Origin: the human T2T-CHM13v2.0 reference genome, Homo sapiens
Length of the DNA: 64,000 nucleotides
NCBI RefSeq assembly: GCF_009914755.1
Contig: NC_060932.1
Reading direction: 5' to 3' (one strand)
This document shows positions 15,105 through 42,120 of the stretch, in pieces. Position 1 is the stretch's first letter. The number at the start of each line of letters is the position of its first letter. The position numbers and the translations under genes are program-made. The notes below the pieces were generated by a model. The model worked only from the letters and a program-made list of their open reading frames with translations, did not search any database and was not told the origin of the DNA.

Positions 15105-15270
15105 TGGATTGGCAAACTGTGGCTTGCTTTCTGTTTTTACAAATACAATTTTATCATGGCTCCTTTATGTATTGTCTGTGGCTGCTTTCAGGCTTCAATG
15201 ACAGAGTGGAGTACTTGCCTAAAACATTTACAGTATGGTCCTTTACACCAGAACAGTTTGCCAATCCCAG
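15105..15270. mobile_element. MER58-type hAT MITE
   Basis: TIRs ggattggcaaactg / cagtttgccaatcc; internal tattgtctgtggctgctttc. Confidence 0.75.
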
Positions 15271-15775
15271 GTATGGACAGATTGCAAAATGAATGATAGT
15301 GTTGCAGAGAGGTTATGAGAAGAGAAGAGGTAGCCCTACAGCATGTTTTGCTGTGGAGAAAACAGCAACACAGTCATAAGCATGTAATGTTTAATGTAAA
15401 CCTTATTGGTTTTCAACATTTAGAATTCCTACAGAGAAACACTATTGTAAAAGTTAAGATGCCAATGATAGAGTTTGAGAAGTAAAACAGGAGTGATGAA
15501 GGAAAGGGAGAGCCAGAAATGATGGCTTTCATCTTAACCAAGTAGGGCATCTAGAACCACTTCTACAGGGAGACAATCATTACATGGCTGGCTGCTCCTT
15601 GTCATCCAACCTCAGCTCAAAAATCACCTGATTTATTTGTCATAAAGTGTCAGGCACTGGGATGCATCAGGCACTGAAGTAGGTCTAAAGTAGGTCTCTT
15701 CAGGAAGGCCTTCCATGGTTGAGTAATCCCAAATAATCACCCAGTCTTTTTTGTTGTTCTTATTTTAACCCTCTG

Positions 15776-16173
15776 TGTACTAGGCAGTTTTTGTATTGTT
15801 GTAAAGAAATACCCAAGGCTGCATAATTTATAAAGAAAAAAGACGTTTAATTGGCTCACGGTTCTGCAGGCTTTCCAGCATGGCTCCAGCATCTGCTTCT
15901 GGTGAGGGCCTCAGGAAGCTTCCAATCATGGCAGAAGGCAAAGGGGAAGCAGCTGTGTCACATGGCAAGAGTAGGAGCAAGGGGTGGAAAGGTGCCATAC
16001 ACTTTTAAACAACCAGGTCTTGCAAAAATTCCCTCACTTGTGAGGACACTACCAAGCCATTCATGAGTGATCCAGTGCTGTGATCCAAACACCTCCCACC
16101 AGGCCCCACCTCCAACATTTGGGACTACATTTCAACATGAGATTTGGAGGGGATAAATATCCAAACCATATCA
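15776..16173 (-). mobile_element. MSTA/MSTB (MaLR) solo LTR
   Basis: TG...CA ends; 5-bp TSD ctctg (15771-15775 / 16174-16178); ccaaaccatatca terminus. Confidence 0.9.
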
Positions 16174-16701
16174 CTCTGCATAGCACTTTATATTCTGGTT
16201 TTTACATGTATTTATTAATTTACTTTCTTGTGCAATGATTTGTTTTTACTTATAATTTGTTTTGAATATATAACACATGAGTAAGAACTTCCCTTTTTTC
16301 ATCACTGTATCCCTTGCACTTAGAAAACTGCAACCATACCTAGCACATAGTAGGTGAGTGAGTGAATGAGTGGGTGGGTGACTGAGTGAAATGAATCAGT
16401 AAGTAGTTTAAAGTTGCAGAGGTGATCAATGAAAGAAGTGAGAACAGTGATTAACTATATTTATGGTAGGAAGGAATGACTCAAGTTGCTATAATCAAAC
16501 ATGTCAGAGGAGAGAGTCACTAGATAATGTCTAAGGTTGATAAGTCAAGAAATAATTGTGTAACATTATTTAGATATGTAAAGTGACAACCAAAAGCAAT
16601 AAAATTAGGAACCGTAAAAATATTCTCTGGAGAGTGGGAAAACTCCATAGGAAACTAGGTTTTTGTTATAAGCCCCTTTGCTTTGTTATTTTCTTAAATA
16701 A

Positions 16702-18025
<1,324 letters not shown>

Positions 18026-18029
18026 CTTT

Positions 18030-18730
18030 TGTCTGACTTCTTACGTTATTTTGAGATTCATCTATGTTGTAGCTGTAAATTGTTAATTCTTTCTTATTGC
18101 TGAGTAGTAGTACAGGTTGAGTATTCCATATATGAAATTCGGGATATTTTTGGATTTGGGGATATTCGCATTATATGCTTACTGGTTGAGCATCCTAAAT
18201 CCAAAAATCCAAAAGCTGAAATGGCTCCAATGAACATTTCTTTTGAGTGTCATGTAGGTGCTCAGAAACATTCAGATTTTGAAGCATTTCTGAGTTTGGA
18301 TTTTTGGATTTGGGATGCAAATCATTTATCCATTTGCTTGTTGGCAAACGTTTGGATTGTTTCCAGTTTTCTTCTATTACAAATGAAGCTGCTATAAACA
18401 TTGTTCCTAAGTCTTCGTGTGGGCGTATGCTTTTATTTCTCTGAGTAAATACCTAGGAGTAGGATGGCTAAATCAGTCATGTGGTAGTTGCATGTTTAAT
18501 TCTTTAAGAAATTGCTAAACTATTTTCCAAAATGTTTGAAACATTTTATATTCTCACCACAAGTTTCTTTGCCAACATTTGGTACAGTCAGTCTTTTTAA
18601 TTTTATTTATTCTAGTGGGAGTGTAGTTATATAATAATGTGATTTTAATTTGCATTTCCTTGATAACTAATGATTATTTATTAGTGTGCTTCTTTGCCAT
18701 CTCTATATCTTGTCTGGTGAGGTGTTTCTT
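18030..18730 (-). mobile_element. Old L1M fragment with a nested Tigger4/MER46 (~18112-18320)
   Basis: tacaggttgagtatt...ggttgagcatcctaaatccaaaaatccaa; L1 motif gtaaatacctaggagtagg. Confidence 0.7.
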
Positions 18731-18850
18731 CAAATATGAAATAAGAATGAATTGTTACTCTTACATCTTGCTCTGCACGTGCAGTATTCCAAAATGATGT
18801 AAATGTTTTAAGTAGAGATTGATTGTACTTCTTTAAAAATAGGCTTTAAT

Positions 18851-19149
<299 letters not shown>

Positions 19150-19235
19150 TTAATTTGTAATGGTAATTCACAAGTGATTGAGCTGATGCCAGTGTAGTTG
19201 GAAGAAATAACTGCCGTCGTCCTATATTCCAACAG

Positions 19236-19399
19236 GTTGCAGCATTGCAGGAAGAGAAAAGTAGTTTGTTGGCAGAGAATCAGGTATTAATGGAAAGACT
19301 CAATCAATCTGATTCTATAGAAGACCCTAACAGTCCAGCAGGAAGAAGGCATTTGCAGCTCCAGACTCAATTAGAACAGCTCCAAGAAGAAACATTCAG
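19236..19399 (+). CDS. HOOK3: HOOK3 exon 9 (164 nt): VAALQEEKSSLLAENQVLMERLNQSDSIEDPNSPAGRRHLQLQTQLEQLQEETF(R)
   Basis: ttccaacag|GTTGCA...TTCAG|gtaaaa. Confidence 0.97.
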
Positions 19400-19468
19400 G
19401 TAAAAGACAACTCATTAAAATCTGATTTTTAAAAATTTGTTAGCTGTCATTTAAAGTTAAGAGTATAT

Positions 19469-19773
19469 TGGCCAGGCACATTGGTCCATGCCTGGAATCC
19501 CAGCACTTTGGGAGGCTGAGGCGGGCTGATCACTTGAGGTCGGGGATTCAAAATCAGCTTGGCTAACATGAGGAAACCCCATCTCTACTAAAAATACAAA
19601 AATTAGCCAGGCATGATGGCAGGTGCCTGTAATCCTAGCTACTCGGGAGGCTGAGAAATGAGAATCGCGTGAACTGGGGGTGTGGAGATTTCGGTGAGCC
19701 GAGATCGTGCCACTGCACCCCAGCCTGGGCAACAGAACGCGACTTTGTCTCAAAAAAAAAAAAGAAAAAAAAA
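19469..19773 (+). mobile_element. Alu (S-type), 70 nt downstream of exon 9
   Basis: Full dimer with poly-A. Confidence 0.92.
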
Positions 19774-20834
19774 ATATAATGTTAGGACTTCTGGGAAACT
19801 GCAGTCCATTGAGGCTCCAAATAAACAACTCAGAATCTCCTCACACAACATGAAACTACTTCACGTCTAGGAAGTGTTCTATCAGAGCGCCACCCTCCTT
19901 ATTGTTTGAAGGCAGAATGCCGCAACTATAGGATACCTGAGTGAGAGGGAGTACCCCACACCTGCCCCTCTGTGGGAAACAAAGGCGACTGAGGAAACTT
20001 TCAAGAAAGACCGAGGAAGAACATTTGTGAAGGGGCCTGAAGGCGAGTTGACATGATCACCAGAAAGATTAAATTTCACTGAAAATCTGAAATGACTTTG
20101 GTTTGGAAAAGTAATGGTCAGAGCAGACCATAAACCACAGATTAGGGATTTCAAAATAAGCACATCTTCGGGAAGGGCCAGATGACATGAAAAGTTACAG
20201 GCAGGGATTTTTAAAAGACAGATGCATTTATAGACTTATAGAAATCTATATACGTGTGTGTGTGTGTATGTGTGTGTTTATAGAGATAGACTTATTTAAA
20301 GGGGTGAGCTGATTTAAAAGGACAGGCGAGATTTAAAGGAACAATCTTCCAGACATCTTCTGTGGGAAGAAAAGCCCAAAAGGAAGGAAGAAGGGCCCTT
20401 TGACCTTTGGGTGGTGAAAGGAAAAAGAAGAAAAAGGAAAATATGTCCTGCAAGATAAGACGGAAGCACAAAATCGAAAGACAAGAGTATGATGAAAATA
20501 TTTTGTTACGGTTTACTAAAAAGTGCGTCATCACTTGTTTCTTCCCTAGCCATAGATTTCTAGTGTTAAAACAGAAATTAAACATCAATTAGATTTTTAC
20601 TTTACTGAGTAACTGAGTGTGGTAACATAACTATTCTTGTTATTCCTCAGTGAAATGTTTCTGGATTTTTTTTTTTCTTTTACCTTAACAGGAAAAAGTA
20701 ATAAACTTTTCTTAGGCTCCTTAGAAACCTTAGAAACAGTCCATTCCCTTTGGTCCACGTCAGCAGTTCAAAGAATGGTCGAGGCTCCTGGAGGTCCTCT
20801 GATAACCATTTTGGAGAATCTGCGAGACCCTCTC

Positions 20835-21075
20835 TTTCCCGACTATGTGTCTGCAAGGCTGGATTTTCTTCATATGCTTCAGCCAAAAAACAACATGTCA
20901 CCAACAGATGAATGTAGAAACAAATATGAGAACCCAGCTGTCTTCTATTAAAACAGATAATAGAATCACAAAAATATAAAACAGTGCCACTCTTCTCACT
21001 TTTTTTGTTTTAGAAAATAGTTATTTTTCATAAAGAGTATGTTGTTTTTATTAACATAATGGGTTTATTACTGTA
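20835..21075. mobile_element. Charlie1-type hAT fragment
   Basis: ggctggattttcttcatat...atgagaacccagctgtcttctattaa...gccactcttctcact. Confidence 0.7.
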
Positions 21076-21397
21076 ATCCACTGTGCCAGACCATATGTGT
21101 TAATTTTATAATAAAAAAAGCCCTTAAATTGTATCTGCAATATTTCAGAAAAATGTTGCATGATGTCTTGCTTTCTGGTAGGGAAATAGTAACCAGTTGT
21201 CACCGTTCCCAAGACTTGGGACAGTGGAGTTCATTTTTATGACAGTTAGTGCTTGAGAATGCAGCTTGTGGCCACTAACATGGGAGACATACTCAAGAAG
21301 GCTTTATTCTCATGCTTTATATCTTTCTTTTACTGTTCTAAGGAGAATGAGGAGGCAGTAAATAGTGCTTTCTTGGTCTATTTTATATCGGTTACAG

Positions 21398-21538
21398 ACT
21401 AGAAGCAGCCAAAGATGATTATCGAATACGTTGTGAAGAGTTAGAAAAGGAGATCTCTGAACTTCGGCAACAGAATGATGAACTGACCACTTTGGCAGAT
21501 GAAGCTCAGTCTCTGAAAGATGAGATCGACGTGCTGAG
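21398..21538 (+). CDS. HOOK3: HOOK3 exon 10 (141 nt): (R)LEAAKDDYRIRCEELEKEISELRQQNDELTTLADEAQSLKDEIDVL(R)
   Basis: gttacag|ACTAGAA...CTGAG|gtaaaa; phase 2-2. Confidence 0.97.
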
Positions 21539-21599
21539 GTAAAAACCTCACCTTCACCGCCCAGCACAGTTTGGCTCTGGTGTTAGAAACTCTAGGGTT

Positions 21600-21800
21600 T
21601 CTGAGGATCTAGCAAACTTAAGAGCCAGGCTACCTGGGCTGGGATCCCGGGTCTACTGCTTATGCAACCTCTGTATGGCTGTTTTCTCATCTGCAAAATG
21701 GAAACAATACACATGCCTACCTCAGGTTTATATGAGGAGTTGAGTGAATTTATATTTGTAAACACTTGCAACAGTGTCTGGCAATTAAGCGATACACAAG
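21600..21800 (+). mobile_element. MIR
   Basis: ttttctcatctgcaaaatgg...cctacctcaggttt. Confidence 0.7.
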
Positions 21801-22149
21801 TGTTTGTAAAATAGAAATTGTGACCATCACTTCTTACTTGTACAGCTCTGGAGCTGTTCTTCCGCCACGCCCGCAAGGCCTCATTTTCTTGCTGGGCCTT
21901 GTTATTACCCCTTCAGTTCTCTCATGAGGTGCCTCACTCCCTGTCACCTCATTTTTTCACCCCTCTGCTTGTACAGTCTCCTATCCTCTGTTGATTATCT
22001 CAACCATCTACATTTTCCACTTTTGCTCTTTGAATACTGAGAACAGGGGAAATGCATAATTGATAGTTTTGTGCTCCTGCCAATTGGTGGCTTCCTTCTG
22101 AGCTGGGTTCTTCCCAATGGCCCGCCCTCCCCTTGCTCATTGTCTCACT

Positions 22150-22750
22150 CATAGCCATTCTGATTCCTCAGGATTCTACTCCCCGGCTGCCCTCCACACA
22201 CACCTCCCATGACTTAGTCTCAATAGATGACCTTGTCTCCTATAGCAGCGAAGAAAGAGGCCGTGAACTGCTGAACTCTCCATGTCTTTTGTCTCCAAAA
22301 CCTCTAAACTTCCCTGGGTTCCCACCCACCCTTTCTTTAGTGAGTGTAGACCTGTTATTCTTCCTCCTGTTCAGGGCTAATTCCTTCTTCAGTGTTCTGG
22401 ACCTCTACCTTTCTGGCCTACGCGGGGACTGTGTTACATCAATCCTCATTTCTTTTGCCTTTTGAATCTCTCTCCTTCATACACATGCACACGCGCATTT
22501 AGGTCTCTTTAATCTTAAAAAGAGAGGGAGTTATTACTCTCTCCTTCCCACTAGAACCAAACTTAGATTACATAAGGTAAAATTGACATTCTCTCCTCAA
22601 CCCCACTATCTGCCCACACTACCCCACTGAAGCTGCTATTCTGGTGGTCACTGATAATTGCCAAATTATTCGGACACTGTTAAACTTACTTTTCTTTTGT
22701 GCCACATGTGACTCTGCTGGCTGCCCTCTCCTGCTTGGTTTCCTTAAATT
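22150..22750 (+). mobile_element. L2 remnant
   Basis: Pyrimidine-rich; ccccactgaagctgctattctggtggtcactgataa. Confidence 0.55.
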
Positions 22751-22937
22751 ATTATTCTCCATTAAACATTTAGTTGTAACTTAGGTCATATTTGTTAACC
22801 TGTGCAGAAAATTAACCTGGAATCACTTTTGTCTTATTTCATTAGATGTGTGTTTCCTGGCAATCCTTCTTAACACTGAAACAACTTTACAAGTGTGGAT
22901 GTGTTTCTGATTTTTTTAATTTCCCATCTAATTCTAG

Positions 22938-23139
22938 ACATTCTTCTGATAAAGTATCTAAACTAGAAGGTCAAGTAGAATCTTATAAAAAGAAGCTAGA
23001 AGACCTTGGTGATTTAAGGCGGCAGGTTAAACTCTTAGAAGAGAAGAATACCATGTATATGCAGAATACTGTCAGTCTAGAGGAAGAGTTAAGAAAGGCC
23101 AACGCAGCGCGAAGTCAACTTGAAACCTACAAGAGACAG
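22938..23139 (+). CDS. HOOK3: HOOK3 exon 11 (202 nt): (R)HSSDKVSKLEGQVESYKKKLEDLGDLRRQVKLLEEKNTMYMQNTVSLEEELRKANAARSQLETYKRQ
   Basis: attctag|ACATTC...AGACAG|gtaaaa; lies inside ORF 22846..23199. Confidence 0.97.
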
Positions 23140-23269
23140 GTAAAAGAAACACAGCATCTTGATGATGGTTTCAGGCAAGCTCTCAGTTATGACATGTAGC
23201 TTACCAAAATTACTAATTTGTTTTCATGGTATTCTGTTTTTTACCTTTTCTTTATTGTATTGATTCATT

Positions 23270-27625
<4,356 letters not shown>

Positions 27626-28213
27626 CCAAGTTATGCTTTTTTAATCCCAAAGCACTCAGTTTATTTTTCCAGCTGATGAAATTTTTTTTTCTAATCCACC
27701 TATTTGCTGATTTGCTACCTTTTAGAGCCCAGGGTGGTTCAACAACCACTCATCTCCTTTTAAAGCTCTAGGTTCCTGTTATCGGCAGTTGACACCTCAT
27801 GGTACCCAGAGCATCTGCATGAACTTCTCATTCTGGTTTTAATCTCTGAGGATTTCCCTTATTTTCTTGTAAGCTTAGCTATGCAATTAGAATCGCCCTG
27901 CCCCACCCCAGCATTTATTTTGTTTTATACAAAAAGAATTTCAGACTACCTGGTTATCTCTATTGCTAGAAATGAAAATCCTATAGATTCGTTTATGATT
28001 TTGAACATTGTTACACTGGATGATTCTGGTTGGGACCGAATAGTAACCGGGCAGGTTTTTATTCCTAGTTCTCTCCACTGTGTTAGACTGCTGGATCATA
28101 TGCATTTGAGTACTGGTGGGAGAGATTTTGGTTTTCTTAAACCTGTAGAAGAAAATAAGGATAATTTCTAATGTCTCAGATTATGTATAAGTAATGGTAT
28201 CTTTCTGTATCAG

Positions 28214-28324
28214 GTAGTAGAACTACAAAACAGATTATCCGAAGAATCAAAGAAAGCAGATAAACTAGATTTTGAATATAAGCGGCTAAAAGAAAAAGTT
28301 GACAGTCTTCAAAAAGAAAAGGAC
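28214..28324 (+). CDS. HOOK3: HOOK3 exon 12 (111 nt): VVELQNRLSEESKKADKLDFEYKRLKEKVDSLQKEKD
   Basis: ctgtatcag|GTAGTA...AAGGAC|gtgagt. Confidence 0.97.
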
Positions 28325-29031
28325 GTGAGTATATATATTAGGCATTTTGGTTTTGAGCACTGCTAAAATTAAGGCGATTATGTTTAATTCATGTTTGGCC
28401 ACATTCATTTAAGTTATGAATTTAAAAATTAGAAATCCTATTTATTTTTAAGCTGTAGGAGAATTCCATTTGTGTTTCAGAAATAAGGCAAAAAAGTGGA
28501 AAGAATATTTTTATAATACTTCCATTCAGATTTCTTTTTTATATAGTTATCTTTTCTACCACTGTTGCCTCCTTTACGTTGTTCTGCTCATGACTTTCTA
28601 TAAGTTTGTGTAGCTTTCTTGTTTTCTGTATGATTAATAGAGGACTTTTTGTTGTTCAGCATATTTCAAATCTTTTAAAAATATTTCTACTTTTTCATGA
28701 TTTATGAATATTTATTGTCTTTGTTCTCCAATGTTTTATGTCTAGTGAAAAGAATGTTAAGAAATTAGTTACTAATTGTTAAAGATGGAGTAGACAGTTT
28801 TGTTTAACTATGGATAGCATATTGCCCTGCACATAGTAGATATTCAGTATTGTTAAATGGGAAAAATTGTTTTAATCTTTTCCTCCTTCTATGATCTTTC
28901 CATAGAAAAGCAAAAGGTAAAACATGTTCATGTTCACTATTGTTTATCATTCTATTAGGTAAGGCAGAGGCCACTGATGAATAAATTCTTAAAACGTGAA
29001 GCTAACCCTCCATGTTTTTGTGTCTCTCCAG

Positions 29032-29119
29032 AGGCTGAGAACAGAAAGGGATTCTCTGAAGGAAACCATTGAAGAGCTTCGTTGTGTACAAGCTCAAGAA
29101 GGGCAGCTCACAACACAAG
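29032..29119 (+). CDS. HOOK3: HOOK3 exon 13 (88 nt): RLRTERDSLKETIEELRCVQAQEGQLTTQ(G)
   Basis: Branch-like gctaac at 29001; tctctccag|AGGCTG...ACAAG|gtaaaa. Confidence 0.97.
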
Positions 29120-29123
29120 GTAA

Positions 29124-29463
<340 letters not shown>

Positions 29464-29539
29464 AGATGATTTATTTCTAGTAGTATAAATAAAACTATTT
29501 GGTTCACTTGAACATGATTGTGCTGATAGATAAAAATGA

Positions 29540-30180
29540 AACATTGGGCCCACGTGCGCTCCTCCTCGCAAAGCCCGGGCTCCAGCGATTGCCTTTTCTT
29601 ATTGGTCCAGATGGTGGTCCGAACCCTTAGTCACTGAGCCAATTTCCAAATTAGTCACACCTGCCTTTTTAAGATGAATGCGCAAAAAGGGGAAGAGGAA
29701 TCTGAAAAGCAGTTCGTCTTAGAAAATGGCCAAACCCAGACAGTCTCTGCGGCTCCCTTCCATTCTGAGAGGACCGTGCCCCCTTATTTTTGACCTCTAA
29801 GCCGTGGGTAAAACAAGAACCCTAAGGAATCGCCTGGCAGTCCAGCTGTCTGTGTGGATGCCGAGTCCCTCCTGAATTGCAGGGCCTGGCTACTGATTGG
29901 CCAAGAAAGGCCTCCTAGGCCCTCACTAGAGGATATGAACTCCCCTCCTTGGCGTAGCGACGGGAAGGGGTGGCTCTGGGGTGGACAAGCAGCGGGCTGG
30001 GGAGAGGCGGCTACGGGTGGGGCGCACCCAGGAGCGGGAACCTGGGAGGCCAGGCTCTTGAGGGGTTGCGGGGAGGAGAGAGCCCGCCTGTTTCCTAACA
30101 ATGAAAACACCACCAAGCCCTCAGCGCCGCCGGGCTGGGACACCTGCCTGACCTGTGTTCCCTTAAGGAGGATTCTGTGC
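29540..30180. promoter_or_regulatory. Intragenic CpG/GC-rich promoter- or enhancer-like segment
   Basis: About 25 CpGs by hand count in ~600 bp of non-Alu DNA; CCAAT/ATTGG at 29543, 29601, 29639, 29896; CACGTG at 29551; G-run cluster 29962-30022. Confidence 0.55.
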
Positions 30181-30609
30181 TGTTAGGGATTATTTTTATT
30201 CCAGCCCTTGACATTTCCGTACTTCATTTCTCAGTCAGCATTGATTTTTAAAACTCCCGGCCTAGTCTCTTGCCATGGCCTCATTCATCCCGCAGTTACT
30301 GAGCACCTGCTGTTTGCCAGGCACTGTGTCTATTAGTAGAGCTGGAGATACAAAAATAAATTAGGCAACGTGGTACAAGATGATAGGTGCTATAATTGAA
30401 ACGTGTGCAAGGGCTGGTAGTGACGTAAAGGATCTTCCTTGTGGATAGATTTACCCAGAAAGGCTTCCCAAAGACACGGGATGAGTCAAGAAGGAATGAT
30501 AGGGCTTTATCAAGCCCATGAAAAAAGTGGACGTGACTTCTCCAGCTATCGAATTAGATGACGCTGCCGTGCTAATTTCTCCAAAGGAGAAACAAAAGTA
30601 GTGTAATAG

Positions 30610-34200
<3,591 letters not shown>

Positions 34201-34867
34201 AGGAAATGATCCTTTTCTTTTAAGTACATCAGACTTCCTAAAGCAGTGAATTTTTTTCAACTGAGAAAAGTTGGGTTGGTGTCACTCCATTAAGGAACTT
34301 AGATCCTAAGGAGAAAACTGCTCTTTCTCCTAGGAAAAGAACCACACTTCGCTCAAGGTTTACCCCTCCCACTCCTTTGTTATCAGCTGGGGATGGTGGA
34401 GGCTGATGGATTGCTTGTTTGGCTTCACAGTTCACTCCCAGACTAGTAACCAGCTTGTGGCTTTTCAGTTACCTGAAACTGGAATTTTTCTTTTCCTCTG
34501 ACTACAACATTCTTTTTTCCCTGCTCCTCTCCTTCATTTCACCTCCTAGCCCTCTCTCTGTTTTCTTATTAATCAGCTCTCTTCTTGCTTCATTTTCTAG
34601 TTTACCCAGCTGCACAGAAACCATTTTCACTTTGTTCTCACCACCACTCTCCTTCGTTATTCTCTTTACCGTTTCTAGACCAAGCTTGTCAAACCCTAAT
34701 TGAAATATCCTAATTTTTTTTCCCTATTCCAGATTACCAAGGACGACTGAAGGAAATTATTATATATCTTTCTTGTTTTCACCAAAAATATATCGTTTGT
34801 GATTATAACAGCATCCTCATTGCTGCCTTGCTGTTCTTTCACATATCTCTAATCATCTCTACATGAG

Positions 34868-35176
<309 letters not shown>

Positions 35177-35329
35177 CTCTACATGAGTTTTTATACAATT
35201 TTAAGAATCTAACCTGAAATTTAACCCTTTTTCTCTCAGCTCTGATATCATCAAGAAACCATAAGGCCTTTCACGTAAACTATCACATTTGTTTCTTTGC
35301 ACCTGTAAACCTATAGGTTTTAACCTTGC

Positions 35330-36376
<1,047 letters not shown>

Positions 36377-36526
36377 TAGCACTTTTGCTCTAGGAATTAA
36401 ATTTACCCTAATGAATTAAAGCATTGTTTCTACTAGTGAGATTTTGAAACAGTGTGAAAGTTCAGCAATACAGGAATAGTATTCTTATTCAACTGTATAC
36501 AGTAGAGCCATTTAAAAGAATAAGGT

Positions 36527-39832
<3,306 letters not shown>

Positions 39833-40567
39833 GAACAATGATGATAAAGATTCAGCAAATATGGCTTTTCTGAGTATGACTAGATACGGATTAAAATATG
39901 CTCTGTGTCCAGAAGAGAGCTATCAAGGAAAAATGATAAACTGGGACGAAAATTTTGCAACATGTTTTAGACAGTGGGTTAATATTTGATACTTTTCATT
40001 GATGTTAAGAGTGTGGACAAATTGGAGATCTCATAAACTGAAGGGAAAAGATTAAAGTGGTACAACCTTTCTTTTGGGGAGACTGGCAGGATGTGTCTGT
40101 TGTCTAAAAATGCACCTATCTTTTGATCCAAAAATTACTTTTCTGGGAGTTTAATCCTAAGGAAAACCAAGGATATACAGAGAAGTATATTTATAAAGCT
40201 AATCTTATTGACTTGTTAAAGCTCAAAATTGGCAGCAATCTAAATGCCCAATAATTGGGGGTTTATTAAATAAGTAACGATTTTAATGTCATGTCATTTA
40301 AAATATTCAAGTATATTTAATGATATAAAAAGATTGTGAAATTTTAGGTGTAAATAGCAGGTACCAATGTACATGTACTGTGTGATCCCATTTGAAAAAT
40401 GTTTGCATGTGAGTATACGTGCATAGAATTAGAAGGCTATATTTCAGCAGTAGTCATTTTGTGCTATAGTTATGGAGGGTTTATATTTTCTTTTCATTTG
40501 TCTTCTTTTCCGTACAATGTATGTGTTTACTTTGTAACTGAAAAATATACGGTCCATGTTGCCCATA

Positions 40568-40678
40568 CTGAGGCAGAAGAATTGCTTGAACCCAGGAGGT
40601 GGAGGTGGCAGTGAGCTGAGATCGTACCACTGCACTTCAGCCTGGGTGACAGAGACCCCGTCTCAAAAAAAAAAAAAA
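40568..40678 (+). mobile_element. 5'-truncated Alu (right-arm end only)
   Basis: Perfect 16-bp TSD gtccatgttgcccata (40552-40567 / 40679-40694). Confidence 0.92.
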
Positions 40679-41578
40679 GTCCATGTTGCCCATAATAAAA
40701 TACATCAAATTCTAAATAGTTGCTTGAATTAGATCACAGATTTGGTTCATCTTTTCAGTAGCAAAAGTAAAAGATTTATTGTGTTTACAAAATAAGAGCA
40801 ATGCGTGTGTGTCTATGTTTCTTTCTTTCTTTGATTTTTCTTTATCCACAAGAAGCTTTTCCACAGCTTTTCATAGTGTTTGGTATCTGTTCATACTATC
40901 TTCATGGGGCCCTCTAAAGATGACCCTGTGTAAAGAAAAGAATGAATTATATCTTCAACAAGTATGTCTTCATATGAACTAACATTTAATTATATTGTCC
41001 CTGCAGTAAATATGGTGGCAAGTTCTGTATGGATACTGTTTTTAATATCCCTTAATGTAAGTTTTTGGCTTATACAGAGTCCAAAACAGTGCAGTCCAGT
41101 AACCTGATTGTAATGATCTGGCTTGTTTCAAGAATTTAATTTTACATATTTCAGGAATGGGTAGACTGAATGTCTTGAAGTGATTCTTGTCAAATATAGT
41201 ATCTTGCCACCAAATGATTGATAATTTAAGATCATAGCATCATTAGAGATTATGTTCTCTGATAAGAATCAGATAAATAAATAAATGCATTCATAGTTTA
41301 AATATTTAAATCAGGGAAGAAATAGGATTTTGAAATCATATTTATGACAAATCATGATATTTAGAGACTGTATTATTTCTATAAAGAAAATATTTAAAAC
41401 CTGAAATGTAATGTCTTTACCAGCTATAATAGCTGAATTTGTTGCAGGTTCTTTATTTTTCATTTCTGTTCTGGTATTAAATTTGTAAGAGTGCTTAGCT
41501 GGATTTGATACCTGTGTTGTATATTAATGCACCAAATGACTGTGTATATAATATTTAGTTTTTATTTTGTTCATTCAG

Positions 41579-41719
41579 GGAGAAACTTATTCGTCTTCAG
41601 CATGAGAATAAGATGTTAAAGCTTAACCAAGAAGGTTCGGACAATGAAAAAATAGCCTTATTGCAGAGCCTTCTAGATGATGCAAATCTACGCAAGAATG
41701 AACTGGAGACAGAGAATAG
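41579..41719 (+). CDS. HOOK3: HOOK3 exon 15 (141 nt): (R)[46 protein letters not shown](R)
   Basis: ttcattcag|GGAGAA...AATAG|gtagag. Confidence 0.97.
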
Positions 41720-41798
41720 GTAGAGTATTATAGGTGGCCGCATCTGGCTATAAGTTTTCCCTATTTGCCTTGATTCTGAATCCCTTAAACAAAGAACT

Positions 41799-42120
41799 GG
41801 CAGGGCATGGTGGCTCACGCCTGTAATCCCAGCACTTTGGGAGGCCCAGGAGGGCAGATCGCTTGAGCTCGGGAGTTCAAGACCAGCCTGGGCAACATGG
41901 TGAATGAAACTCCATCTCTACAAAAAAATGCAAAAATTAGCCAGGCATGGTGGTGCATGCCTGTGGTCCCAGCTACTCAGGAGGCAGAGGTAGAAGGATC
42001 ATTTGAGCCCAGGAGGCAGAGGTTGCAGTGAGCCAAGGCCACACCACTGCACTCCAGCTTGGGCAATAGAGCAAAACTCTGTCTCAAAACAAACAAACAA
42101 ACAAAAAAACCAACAACAAA
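41799..42120 (+). mobile_element. AluJ/S, 80 nt after exon 15
   Basis: Dimer with (AAAC)n tail. Confidence 0.9.

Noticed and set aside
19780-20830. Purine-rich non-Alu stretch with ORFs 20407..20592 and 20637..20951 and a gcgccacc CTCF-like core
   Set aside because: No recognisable protein similarity or splice-compatible exon; parts look like degraded L2; the CTCF match is incomplete.
29784-30186. Overlapping 110-119-aa ORFs on both strands in the GC-rich island
   Set aside because: Expected in GC-rich, stop-poor DNA; low-complexity composition and no family resemblance.
41597-41818. Antisense ORFs over exon 15 (and over exon 10, 21310..21567)
   Set aside because: Shadow frames of coiled-coil coding exons.
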